This document shows positions 40,650 through 64,000 of a stretch of DNA of 64,000 bases, one piece after another. The notes beneath the pieces were generated by a model, which worked only from the letters and a program-made list of their open reading frames with translations, ran no database searches and had not been told where the DNA came from. The first letter of the stretch is position 1; the number at the start of each line of letters is the position of its first letter. Both the position numbers and the translations under genes were made by a program. The DNA is from the human T2T-CHM13v2.0 reference genome, Homo sapiens, in the NCBI RefSeq assembly GCF_009914755.1, contig NC_060943.1. One strand, given 5' to 3'.

Positions 40650-42225
40650 TCTGAGCACCTTTTCATATAGCTGCTGACCATTTGTATGTCTTCTTTTGAG
40701 AAATGCCTGTTCAGCTACTTTGCCCATGTTTCAAGTAGTTTTTGGTTTCTTGCTGTTGCTTTGTTTTAGTTCCTTACATATTTTTGCATATTAACCCTTT
40801 ATCAGGTATACAGCTTGCAACTATTTTCTCCCATTTCTGAGTTGTCTCTTCATTCTGTTTGCAGAAGCTGTTTAGAAGCCACACCTTTTGTCTATTTTTG
40901 CTTTTGTTGCTTGTGTTTTCAGGGCCATATCCAAAAAAACCTTGCCCGGACCAACGTCTTGAAGCTTTTCTCCCACCCATTTTTGTATATGGGATAAGGG
41001 TTCAATTTCATTCTTCTTCATATGAATATCCCCAGGATGTGTCCTATGCCCAGCTGCACAGCTTACCCTCAAACAGAAAATAATGAAGCCTTCTTCCTCC
41101 CAGGAAAGGGGACGTTCAGCTGAGCCGAGTGTGTATACTGCTCTGGCCATCCACTAGCCCAGGGAGGACCCAGACCTCCACACTCCATGGAGACTCAGTT
41201 CTCCTAGGACCATTTATTCAAAAGGACTGCCCTCTCTTGTTCTTGGAAACTTTGTTGAGGATCAATTCACCATAAATATGTGTGTTTCCTTCTTTGCTTT
41301 CATCCCTGTTGCACTGATCACTGTACCTGTTTCTATTCCAGTTCCATGATGTCTTCCTGGCTGTAGCTTTGTAGGATATTTGGGGATTCCATAGTGTGAT
41401 ATCCCCTTCTTCCCTTTGCTCAAGATTGTTTTGGCTATTTGGGGTCCTTTTGTAGTCCCATTCAAATTTTAGGATTGTTTTTCTATTTCTGTGGAAAACG
41501 ACCTTGGAATTTTGTTAGGAATTGCATTGAGTCTGCAGGTATGAACTTTTTTTTAAAGTTCCAGGGCACATGTACAGGACCTGCAGCTTTGTTACATAGG
41601 TAGGCTTGTGCCATGGTGGTTTGCTGCACCTATCAACCCATTACCTAGTTATTAAGCCCAGCATGCATTAGCTCTTTTTCCTGATGCTCTCCCTCCCTTC
41701 ATCATCCGCCCTCCCACTACAAGCCCCAGTGTGTGTTGTTCCCCTCCCTGTGTCCATGTGTTCTCATTGTTATACGAACATTTTAACAATGTTAATTCTT
41801 GCAGACCATGAACATAAGCTACCTTCCCATTTATATGCGTCTTGTTCAATTTCATTCATCAATGTTATAAAGATTTTAGTGCAGAGATATTAAACCTCCT
41901 TGGTTAAATTTAATTCTAAGTAATTTTTTAGCTATTATAAGTGTAATTTTTCTTTCGATTTCTTTCTGGATAGTTTGTTTTTAGTATATAGAGATGCTAC
42001 CAATTTCTGCATGTTGATTTTGTATCCTGCAACTCTACTAAATTCGTGGATCAGTTCTAAAAGTTGTTTGGTTGAGTCTTTAGAGATTTTTATATATAAA
42101 ATCATGTCAGCAAACAGAGACAATATCACTTTTTATCTGATTTGGGTGCTTTTGTGTATTTTTATTGCCTAATTGCTGTGTCTAGGACTTCTATTACTAT
42201 GCTGAATAGAAGAAGTGAGAGCATA
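40650..42225 (-). mobile_element. L1 ORF2 fragments (old L1M with nested L1PA piece)
   Basis: [20 protein letters not shown]...LLELIHEFSRVAGYKINMQK peptides. Confidence 0.85.
41031..41198 (+). pseudogene. LILRB terminal-exon fragment embedded in L1
   Basis: PQDVSYAQLHS...AEPSVYTALAIH* (TAG 41155) plus about 40 nt of 3' UTR, homologous to 39417-39585; no splice acceptor. Confidence 0.88.
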
Positions 42226-42429
42226 TACTTTTGAGCAAGGATTCTTCCATCCTCCTCCTACAGAAAGGGCAGGTTCTAATTGCACTCTGGCTGAACTATT
42301 AGCACTTCTCATGCACTTGTGTGCTCAGCCCTCAGTCAGCCTCATTGGAAAGGGTCCAACTGAGGAAGGCACCAGATGTATTTGCTGCTAAGTCCTGGCC
42401 ACAGACAGTGGATGACAGATGATTATTTA

Positions 42430-49275
<6,846 letters not shown>

Positions 49276-49943
49276 GTAAGAAACCTCCAACCCGTGTCCA
49301 TTGAAGCTGGCATTAGTCGTGTGAATGTAGAACTTCATGTTAGTAACACAGCTTTTAAAATGTTTCCCTAAATTGAGGCGGAGCTTGCAGTGAGCCAAGA
49401 TTGTGCCATTGCACTCCAGCCTGGGCGACAAAGAGAGACTCCGTCTCAAAAAAAAAAAAAAAAAGTTTCCCTAAATTGTATATTTTTACTGTATACAACA
49501 TGTGGTATTGCAACATTCCTATTTGTGGGTTGGCTAAATCGATCTAATAAACATACACATCAGTTCACATACTTACTACTGTTTGTGGTGAGAACTCTTA
49601 AATCTACTCTCACAGTGATTTTCAAGAATAGAATATATCGTTATTAACTATAGTCACCATGTTGTAGCATAGATCTGGAAGTTATTCTGTCAAACTGGAA
49701 TTTTGGACCCCTCTATCAACATCCTCCCAAGATATAGGAATAAATGTGAGCACATCAAAAGACACCCAAACCATTACTTATTATAAAAATTCATAGGAAT
49801 CCACAGTGAGACACTACTTCAAACACTGGATTGGCCATATTCTGAAAAATAACAAATGTCAGGAAGGGTGTGCGGAAAGAGAACCTTCACGCACTGCTGG
49901 CATGATTGTGAAATTTTTCGGTGACTGTGAAAAGTGGTTTGGA

Positions 49944-50220
49944 GGCCGGGCGTGGTGGTTCACGTTTGTAATCCCAGCACTTTGGGAGGCCGAGGCAGGA
50001 GGATCACCTCAGGTCAGGAGTTTGAGACCGGCCTGGCCAAAATGGCAAAACCCCTTCTCTACTGAAAGTGCAAAAATTATCTGGGCACGGTGCAGGTGCC
50101 TGTAATCCCAGCTACTCAGGAGGCTGAGGCAGAATAGCTTGAACCCAGGAGCAGAGGTTGCAGTGAGCCGAGATCGTGCCGCTGCACTCCAGCCTGGGTG
50201 ACAGAGCCAGACTCCATCAA

Positions 50221-50272
<52 letters not shown>

Positions 50273-50358
50273 AGGGAGGGAGGGACGGAGGGGGAGAGAG
50301 AGAGAGGAAAGAAAAGAAAGAAAGAAAGAAAAAGAGAGAAAGAAGAAAAAGAAAAAAG
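49944..50358 (+). mobile_element. Alu with GA-rich microsatellite tail
   Basis: Alu 49944-50220 then (GA)n/(GGGA)n/(GAAA)n. Confidence 0.9.
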
Positions 50359-50389
50359 CGGTTTGACAGTTCCTTAAAAGATGAACCTA

Positions 50390-51310
<921 letters not shown>

Positions 51311-51499
51311 TACTCTATGATCTAGAAATTTCACTTCTAGGTATGTGACTAAAGGTTTAGGTTATACAAGACGAATGAAGTTTGCAATGTACCCTACAAC
51401 ATTTTGTCTTTAGTTAACAATACTGCATCATGAAGTTAAAAATTGGTAGGAGAATTAACTCTTCCTACCACAATAAAAAAAAAGACTGATAGTAGATAT

Positions 51500-52522
51500 T
51501 GTGAAAGGAAATTAAATTTTGGGACCCCACACTCATTTAGCTAAGGGGGAAAGTCAAGCTGGGGACTGGGTCACACAAACCTGCCTCTCCATTTTGGTTC
51601 GTGAATAAGATGGCTACAAGGTGAAAAGCTACATGCCTCCCCCACGTTTTGCCCACAAGAAGATTCCTAGTGAGCTGTTAAAATTTCACCATGGCAATGT
51701 AAATTGATAGCTTATCTTTCCAATGTATATTGATAGCTTATCTTTCCAGTGTATACTGATAGCTTATCTTTCCAGTGTATATTGATATCTTATCTTTCCA
51801 GTGTATGATAGCTTATCTTTCCAATGTATACTGATAGCTTATCTTTCCAGTGTATACTGATAGCTTATCTTTCCAGTGCATACTGATAGCTTATCTTTCC
51901 AGTGTATACTGATAGCTTATCTTTCCAGTGTATGTTGATAGCTTATCTTTCCAGTGTATATTGATAGCTTATCTTTCCAGTGTATATTGATAGCTTATCT
52001 TTCCAGTGTATATTGATAGCTTATCTTTCCAATGTATATTGATAGCTTATCTTTCCAGTGTATATTGATAGCTTATCTTTCCAGTGTATATTGATAACTT
52101 ATCTTTCCAGGTACAGTCTCCCCAGCCCATCAGACACAAATGCATATCTGATCATTCCCCCACCCAATTTTGTCTATGTTTATCTTATGTAAAATGCAGA
52201 TTCACTGCATATTTTCCTCTGCCCCATTTGTTTTTGTCGTCTGATGTAAAAAGTGCAGATTCACTGAACCAGACAAAGGCATGAATGACTATTTTTAAAA
52301 AAAATACAGATTCACTGAGCTAGACAAAGGCATGCGTAACTATTTTTCCTTACCCTCCTCTTACATGAAAATTGTGTGCTTCTCAATATCCCGCCCTTTA
52401 CCCTTTAAATTTGGATCCCTCAAAATCATCTTCAGAGAAAGGCATAGATCTGTCTCCCAGGCACATCTTTAACTTTGGCAAATAAATCTCCTGAAATGAT
52501 AAGAGACTTATCTCATTGGACA
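51500..52522 (+). mobile_element. Solo LTR, MER4 family (ERV1)
   Basis: TG...CA termini, 4-bp TSD ATAT (51496-51499 / 52523-52526), MER4-type start tgtgaaaggaaattaaattttgggacccc, AATAAA near 52481. Confidence 0.8.
51696..52110. repeat. Minisatellite, 26-bp unit x16, inside the LTR
   Basis: a(t/c)tgatagcttatctttccagtgtat; 16 copies of ttatctttcc counted. Confidence 0.96.
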
Positions 52523-52529
52523 ATATCCA

Positions 52530-53320
<791 letters not shown>

Positions 53321-53998
53321 AAGAGCATGGTTCTATGCAGATTTCTTTTATCTTAAAAAGTTGCAACATGACCCAGTGTTTTTTTTTTTTAATGTGAGGT
53401 AGGATTCCTAATAAGTGAGAGATGTCCTAAGTCCCACAGTGTTCAGACATGAAGCTGATCTTTTCACCTTACATCTTAAATTCTAATGTGGCTGAGTACA
53501 GAATTCGGGATGAGCTCCAGGATTCCTGCAGTCTGTAACTTTTTCTGACACTTTACCATTCCACCCGTGATGACGGATTGTTCCTGACTTACCTTTGGAA
53601 CATAAAGGCTCTTACACCACGTGTCTGGATCTGGTAAAAGAGATTACACGAGATTGAGAGCCTTACATGTCTCAGGCAATACTCATCCTCAAACCAACCC
53701 TGAGATATGGGTCATTATCTTCTTCTATAAGGAGGAAAATGGGAAAGAGGTGTTACATGATCAAGGTCAACCATCAGTAAATTCCACCCTCATGTCTTAC
53801 ATTAACACCTGTTCATTTCCTCCAGGGATCACTCTTGCCCAAAGCATGGAGACAGAATCCATGGTATCAGCTGAGGGCTGTGAGCAGGGAAGAAAAGAGG
53901 TAGTAAGGAAGGAGAAATGACTCAGATGTTTTGACAGAGAGTGACCCTGTTTGCCCCAAGAACACTTGCGGGTTACAGTCCTAATCTTACCCCCAAAG

Positions 53999-54182
53999 TG
54001 TTCCCAGACCAAACTGAGGGTGGGGCTGCTATTTCTCATGGCCCAATAATGAGATGCGGATGAACTGGGGAGGGAGAGAGTTTTTATTTCTGTTACCGGT
54101 TACAGGGAGAAGGCCTGGAAAACATTGCCAGACCAACTCAAAATTACAAAGTTTCCCAGAGCTTATATACCTTCTAAGCTAT
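53999..54182. mobile_element. ERV1 LTR fragment (MER51-like), truncated
   Basis: Begins tgttcccagaccaaactgaggg; family name from memory. Confidence 0.55.
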
Positions 54183-54196
54183 TTATTAAAAAATGC

Positions 54197-54412
54197 AGCT
54201 ATTTTCTAAGCTATCTTCTAAGCTAAGCTAAGAAGATAGCTAAGCTTCTTCTAAACTATCTAAGCTAGATAAGCTTCCAAACTATCTTCTAATAAGTTTA
54301 GAAGATTCTAAGCCATTAAGCTACCTAAGCTATAGTCTTCTAAGCTATCTTCTAATCTTCTAAGCTTAGAAGCTTAGCTATCTAAACTAAGCTAAGATAT
54401 TCTAAGCTTCTA
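54197..54412. repeat. Scrambled direct/inverted micro-repeat of 'cttctaagctat'
   Basis: Mosaic of ctaagct, tcttcta, tagaag, atagct pieces with no fixed period. Confidence 0.85.
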
Positions 54413-55159
54413 ATATCCATCTTTCACATCACCCATTTCCTGCATGGGATATGGCACGCCAGAGACCCAGGGGATGTTTTCTGCATGAATCTAGTAATAA
54501 ACAAATACCTGCATCCCTCAGGGCTGATAAAGAGTCTATAAACCTCAGATGGAGAGTCTAGAATGTTAGAACATAAACCAGGGAATGTGTCAGATGCCTA
54601 AGAACCTTCACAGCAATTCTAGCAATTCTTCATAAAAGCAGCTGTCATTTACTGAGCATAGTTCATCAGGTTATCTCTAGGCATATAATGAAAATAATAA
54701 TCATAGTAAAAAATAGCCCACATTATTGAATGACTGCTAAGAACATGGTAGAATTTCACTTTGTACATCACATGTATTAACTATGTAGTTCCCCACCAAA
54801 ACCATGTAAGGTAGATACTAGCACTATACTAAGTTTATATATGACACAATAGCAATGTGGGTAACTTTCCCTAACTCACGAAGTTAAAAGGGGCAGAGCT
54901 GTGATCAAATCTCAGGCTTCCTGGCTCCAGAGTCTTCCCTGTTAGTTCAACTGATTGCTTCCTATGAGAGGTAGAATATAATAATCTCTGATTGTCAACC
55001 CACCAAATATCCTTACAAAGAAGACATTTTTATTATTGCAATTTTATAGAAAAGCAAAGTGAGCCTCAGAGAGGCAAAGTGACTTTCCCAAGGAGACAGA
55101 GATAGCAAGAGGCAGATGTAGGTTTTGAAAGTACTGTGATGTAACTCCAAGCCTGTTGC

Positions 55160-55471
55160 TTTTTTTTTTTTTTTTGAGACCGAGTCTTACTCTGTTGCCC
55201 AGGCTGGAGTGCAGTCACGTGATCTCAGCTCTCTGCAAGCTCTGCTTCCTGGGTTCATACCATTCTCCTGCCTCAGCCTCCCAAGTAGCTGGGACTACAG
55301 GCACCCGCCACCACGACTGGCTAATTTTCTTTTTTTTTTTTTTTTGTATTTTTGGTGGAGACAGGGTTTCACTATATTAGCCAGGATGGTCTCCATCTCC
55401 TGACCTCATGATCATCCCTCCTCAGCCTCCCAAAGTGCTGGGATTACAGGCGTCAGCCACTGTGTCTGGCC
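55160..55471 (-). mobile_element. Alu
   Basis: Reverse Alu; TSD ccaagcctgttgcttttt. Confidence 0.92.
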
Positions 55472-56229
55472 CCAAGCCTGTTGCTTTTTAGTCAATACCC
55501 TATAAACTGGTTTCCTGAACATGGTCTGGAAAGAGATGACCTGAGGTGGATGAGGAAGAGCCAACTCTAAATGCCACCCTGGGCCGTGCTAGTGGTTGTC
55601 CTGCTGGGTGAGCGGCTAACATCATAAGCTTCTGAATTCCATTCCTATTCAGAATCCATGGAGTGGATGTGTCTTTTTCCAATTTATTCTGATGCATTCG
55701 CTAAATATTTATTAGACACCTTCAGGGAATCTCTATTTAGGAGTCTCTAAGAGGGGGCCCAGCTCATACAAATGTATCAACTAACACACCAGAAAACAGT
55801 GGAAGCCTTGTTGCTTCCTGGACTCTGACCATGGTGCTGAAACTAGAGTTCATGGCAACATCCCAGTCAGTGCTGTGGACAGCGACCACAGGAGCCACTC
55901 TCCTGGGGCTGGGGCCTGATAGAGGAAATAGGAATGGTGTCTAGATACAGGGCCAGGTCTGTTGGAGACCTTGAATAGGAGCCAAAATTGAACAGGATGT
56001 GGGGAAGCTCAAGAGGTTGATGACGTCTAGCTGGACCATGGAATGTTGCTATCTAAATAGGCAATTATTTTTGTACTCTACACCAGGGTAGGCAGACAGG
56101 AAGCCAAGAGGGAAGCATCCTGGAACTTCCTTCGTCATACAGAATACTGAGTTTCCTTGGCTGCTCATGAGTGTATATTATGAGTGCAATAAAGTTTGAG
56201 TGCGATTATCCCTTAGACTAAAATCTGTT

Positions 56230-58350
<2,121 letters not shown>

Positions 58351-59263
58351 GGGAGCTCTCTGCTATTACTTTATTGTTATTTTGCTCACAAGACATGTAT
58401 CATCCTATAACATATTGGATTTTCTATTAATTTTTGTTGTTGTCTAATATCCATCTTTCTCAACTATAATATTGATTCAATACAGACACTTTTTTAGAAG
58501 TCTTTCTGTCTTTTTTCTGATACATCTTATACACCAAGAATCACGTTTGACCCATTAGATACTTAATGTGTGCCCATGAAAACAGTGAATAAAAGTGTCT
58601 CCACTTCTTCCAAGTTTATTTTTAACACTGGAGCAAATGATTTCTACTTGATTCTCTCTTTTTTTCTCCCTTCCAGGCTGCCTTTAGTGCAAAGTCCTCA
58701 GAATGGAAAAATATTCTTGGGGGAGGCAAAACCTTAAGATTGGCAAGAAACAAACCCCAGCCTTATCCTTACTTTCCTTCTCTCAGTTAGATCTCAATGT
58801 CCTTGGCTGCAATGCCGTCTCTACCTAGTCTACTTCAAGCTTCCCAGATATGATTTCCTCTCTAAGTTTCTCTGTCTCTTCCTGTCTCTGTCTCTCTATT
58901 GTTCTGTTTCTTTCCATCTCTCTCTTTCTTGCTCCAACTTTCTCAGTCGACTAAAACTAATAGCTACGAATAGCTTTCAGTAATTTGAACATTTCACGGA
59001 TGTTTTTCTAGATCAACTGAAATCCCTATGCAAACACTGTCACTGTACTTGCAGATGAAATGATAATCACTTCCCGGCAAGAAAAGGATCTCATGGTAGT
59101 CTTAAGCCTTTATCTCAGGGTTAAGATGCCCCCTTTTGTGGAGGTGCTTAGACTGTGACTATGGCAGTTGCTTTCCCAGCAAGAAACTGCATTTGGTAAG
59201 TGGACCTTCTTTCAGTTAGAGAGCCATATTCTTAGAGATGTAGAATATTTGTTGCAACATATA

Positions 59264-59271
<8 letters not shown>

Positions 59272-59322
<51 letters not shown>
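59272..59322. repeat. (TA)n microsatellite
   Basis: About 25 TA units. Confidence 0.95.
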
Positions 59323-59324
<2 letters not shown>

Positions 59325-61084
59325 TGTAAACATCCCGGTCTATTTCCCCTAAGGTCAAAACTGAACATGGAAAAGAAACATGGGGCAGGGGTATTTTCTG
59401 AGAGTTCCTGAGACACAGAACCACCCCAGCCTTCCCACTCAGGGCTGCCTGGCATCTCCTGTTTACCTTCTCTGTCATAGCCCCATCTGAAAGACTCTGT
59501 CTGAATAAATATACCAAACCTCATAGTCTTAGCTCTCCTCTTTGTACGAGGGGTAAGAGTGTGTTCAGGTCTTGGCTCCTGTTCACACACCTGTTGTCTA
59601 ATGGCAACTGGTACTTAGGACATTTGAAATATCTCTGGTGGCTGCATGCTGCACTTTGGTTGGCAATGGCTGTACGTCTCTGAAAACCTTCTGTGATGAT
59701 TGCAAAACGGTACACTTTCATCTCCTTTCTTATGGGTTCCGGGGAGCCGAATGCACTTGATTTCACCAGTAATATATGTCTATAGACAATTTCTCAGATC
59801 GGCGTGAAGAAGGTAAATTATATCTTTCATTTAGAAAAATATAAATCTCACTTTTACAAAACGTGACTAAGAATTGTCAAGGCTTAGAGAGCAGGAATAA
59901 TCAGGGACTATATGGGTGTTCATGTCTAATAAATGCAACTCTGATCCTTAACCGTATTTAAAAGCGCTTTCAGAGTTCCGAAACCTTTTCATCTGCTCCA
60001 GATTCACTGGGTTCTGAAGCCAAAGCTTTCTGAAACTGTTCCTCCTCTCAGCCCCTAAGTGGTGAACGCTTGGTCTGTTCTGACAGCTGAGATCCTAGCC
60101 ACGGGAGCGTGAGGTGAGGAATTTCCTGTCACCATCCCAGAAAGTAAAATATAGCCTCATTATTTCCTAATTGTGTTTCCATAAGAAAAACAAAGAATTC
60201 GATAAAAGAAACAAAGACCAGTATTTACTTTTTCATAAATGATTGTAGTTACTGAAGGACATATGGGGCCCGTAATCACAACGGGTCTAGGACTCACAGG
60301 TATTTTCTCGTCTCCATTATTTACCATAATTGTGTCATTCTCACTCCTGCTTACATGATTTATTTGGTATAATTTAAATGTATTTGTATGTTTTCTCTAT
60401 GACTTAATGGGCAACATGCCCCTTTCTCTAACTTGTGTTTGTTGGTTTGTTGATCTCTGATACAAATTTGCTAAATATATTCTAGTTGTTGTTATAAAAT
60501 ATTTTCTTTCCAAGAAAATTTTTCAACAGGTTCATGTGCACACCATATATGAAATTCATATTCTTTTCTTATTCTCTTATTTTTCTCCCCATCCTCTACA
60601 ACACTTGGGCCAAACTGTTATGGATTATTGTGTATCCACCAAGAAATGGCTTTGAGTTTTTAAAGTATCTATTTCTCTGAACTAATCTGTAATTTCCAAG
60701 AATCTAATATTTCTCAATTTTTAACACCAATTATTTTACTTTGTAATTTAACAACTTGTTAATTATTAAACAAGTAAAAAATGCAAAAATAAAAACTATG
60801 TTTTGATAGTTTCTAATTTATATTCTTTGGAAAATGTCTAAATTTTAGGAAATTAAAATTTTTTTCGAATTGAATGTGGCTAGAAATAATAATTTTTCAC
60901 TGCATGGCATTACGTAAGTGTAATAGAATTCTACTCTCATCCTACTTTAGATAATGCCAAACTGAGAAACCATTATTAATTTATTTTGTTTTTGTCTAGA
61001 CATGAAAATGAAAAGTTGCCATCAGAAGAATCATTATGGAAAGTGAAAATATGGTGCTAAATTAAATATGTGGCAAATAAATGT

Positions 61085-62275
<1,191 letters not shown>

Positions 62276-62485
62276 AGTGGTCTCTGGGCTATAAGTTCCC
62301 TGCAGAGGATTGCATCATCTATTTTGTCACTGCCCCCACCCTAATGTTTGTAGGCTCATATATTATGCCAGTTAATATGCAAAGACTTAGGGATTCAGTA
62401 CTGAATAAAAATGAGAATGGCCATGGCCTCATATTGCTTATGAGACTGCCAAAACCGAACGTGGTGTACATAATTACCCAGATGT
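62276..62485 (+). pseudogene. Second V1R relic: last codons and 3' flank only
   Basis: gtggtctctgggctataagttccct...tattatgccagttaata...tgaataaaaatga...aattacccagatgtatg is colinear with 20357-20567. Confidence 0.75.
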
Positions 62486-63269
62486 ATGGTGACTTCTTAA
62501 AAAATGAAGCATAGCCTTGCCATGTAATCTTGCCATTTTACTTCTGTGTATATATCCAGGGGAAGTCAAAGCAAATACTTGAGCAGATATTTATACCTCC
62601 ATGTGCACAGCAGCATTACTTACAACAAACAAAAAGAATAAACCACCCAATGTTCATAGATGGATGAGTGGAGACATAAACTGTAGTGTAGACATACAGT
62701 AGAGTATGTATGTCTTACAAGGAATGAAATCATGATTGCCACATTCTACAACACGGGTGAAACTTGAAGATGTTATGCAGACTGAAATCAGGCAATCACA
62801 AAAAGACAAGTATTGTATGATTCTATTTATATGAAGTGCATAGAATAGGCAAACCCATAGAGACAGAAAGTAGAATATTGGCTTCCAGGGGCTGGGGTTG
62901 GGGGAGAGAAAATGGGAATTGGTATTTAATGCATACAGATTTTCAGTTTAGGATCATGAAAAAGATCTGGAGATGGATGGGGATGATGGTTGCGCAACGG
63001 TGTGGATGTACTTCAGCAAGGTGCTGTGGCTCACGCCTGTGTGTCTGCGTGCTAGGGTCTCGGGGGTTTTATAGGCACAGGATGGGGGCGTGGCAGGCCA
63101 GGGTGGTCTTGGGAAATGCAACATTTGGGCAGGAAGTGCCCGTCCTCACCTAGGTCTGTGAGGGTGGAGCCCTAGCCAGGGACCACGCCCTCCTCTGCCC
63201 AGCACTTCCCTTCCCTCTTCTGTATTATTTAAAGGGACTACACCCTTCCCTTCCCAGCACTTCTTTATC

Positions 63270-64000
63270 ACCACTTAGAAAGGCCATTATCAAAAAGACA
63301 AAAAATAACAAGTGGTGGCTAGGATGCAGAGAAAAGGGGACTCTTGTGCACTGTTGAAGGCAACAAGAAGGAGTGTGGTCATTACAGGAAACAGTACATA
63401 GGTTCCTCATAAAACTAAAAAGAGAACCACCCTATGACCCAGCCAGCCCAGTTCTGGGTATAGATCGAAAGGAAAGGCAATCAGTATATTGAAAGGATAG
63501 CTTCACCCTGGTGTTTACTGCAGCACTATTCACAATAACCAAGATTTGGAAGCAACCTAAGTGTTTATGTACAGATGAATGGATAAGGAAAATGTGGTAC
63601 ATTTACACAATGGAATATTACCCAGTCGTTAAAAAGAATGAAATCCTGTCATTTGTGGCAACACGGATGAGCCTGGAGGAAATAAGTGAGATAAGCCAGG
63701 CATAGAAAGACAAAGGTAGCGTGTTCTTACTCATGTGTGGGAGTTAAAACAGTTGATCTCAGAAGCAGAGAGCAGAGTCGTGGTAACTAGAGGCTGGGAA
63801 GGGTGGGAAGAGGGGAGAGGGAAATGCTGGTTAAAGGATACAGAATTACAGCTAGATGGAGGAAATAATAAGTTCTGGTATCCTACAGCACTGTAGGGTG
63901 ACTATAGTTAACAATAGTTTACTGTACAGCTAGATGGAGGAAATAAGTTCTGGTATCCTATAGCACTGTAGGGTGACTATAGTTAACAATAGTTTACTGT
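63270..64000 (+). mobile_element. L1MA-like 3' region with about 77-bp tandem duplication (63847-63999)
   Basis: MFTAALFTITKIWKQPKC peptide; tacagctagatggagg...agtttactg x2. Confidence 0.85.

Noticed and set aside
51696-52110. Palindromic 26-bp repeats resembling CRISPR direct repeats
   Set aside because: No spacers; a tandem amplification inside an LTR.
58370-61080. Repeat-poor stretch with a possible donor (gaag|gtaaat near 59811)
   Set aside because: No recognisable ORF, acceptor pairing or homology; cannot support a feature from sequence alone.

Overview
Human (primate) chromosome 19q13.4 leukocyte receptor complex, all genes on the + strand. Two intact genes reconstruct exon by exon: LILRB1 (14 coding exons, 2582-8386, 650 aa) and LILRB4 (12 coding exons, 34547-39545, 448 aa). 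A LILR pseudogene (LILRP1-like, about 42.4-49.3 kb) carries a deletion, a micro-inversion and an ERV insertion. The LILRB1-LILRB4 interval holds relics: a headless LILR 5' end, a 43-bp minisatellite, a V1R pseudogene, an orphan LAIR1-type ITIM exon and a degenerate LILRA-type TM exon. The rest is Alu, L1 and LTR sequence. I find no new multi-gene system and nothing prokaryotic. The most notable signals are the orphan receptor-tail exons, a G-to-A hypermutated provirus splitting a LILR exon, a GATA-site minisatellite inside an LTR, a templated-insertion-like scar, an ITIM exon fragment captured inside an L1, and a miR-4752-like hairpin. Repeat-family names, gene symbols and miRNA identities come from memory and need database confirmation; repeat boundaries are approximate.
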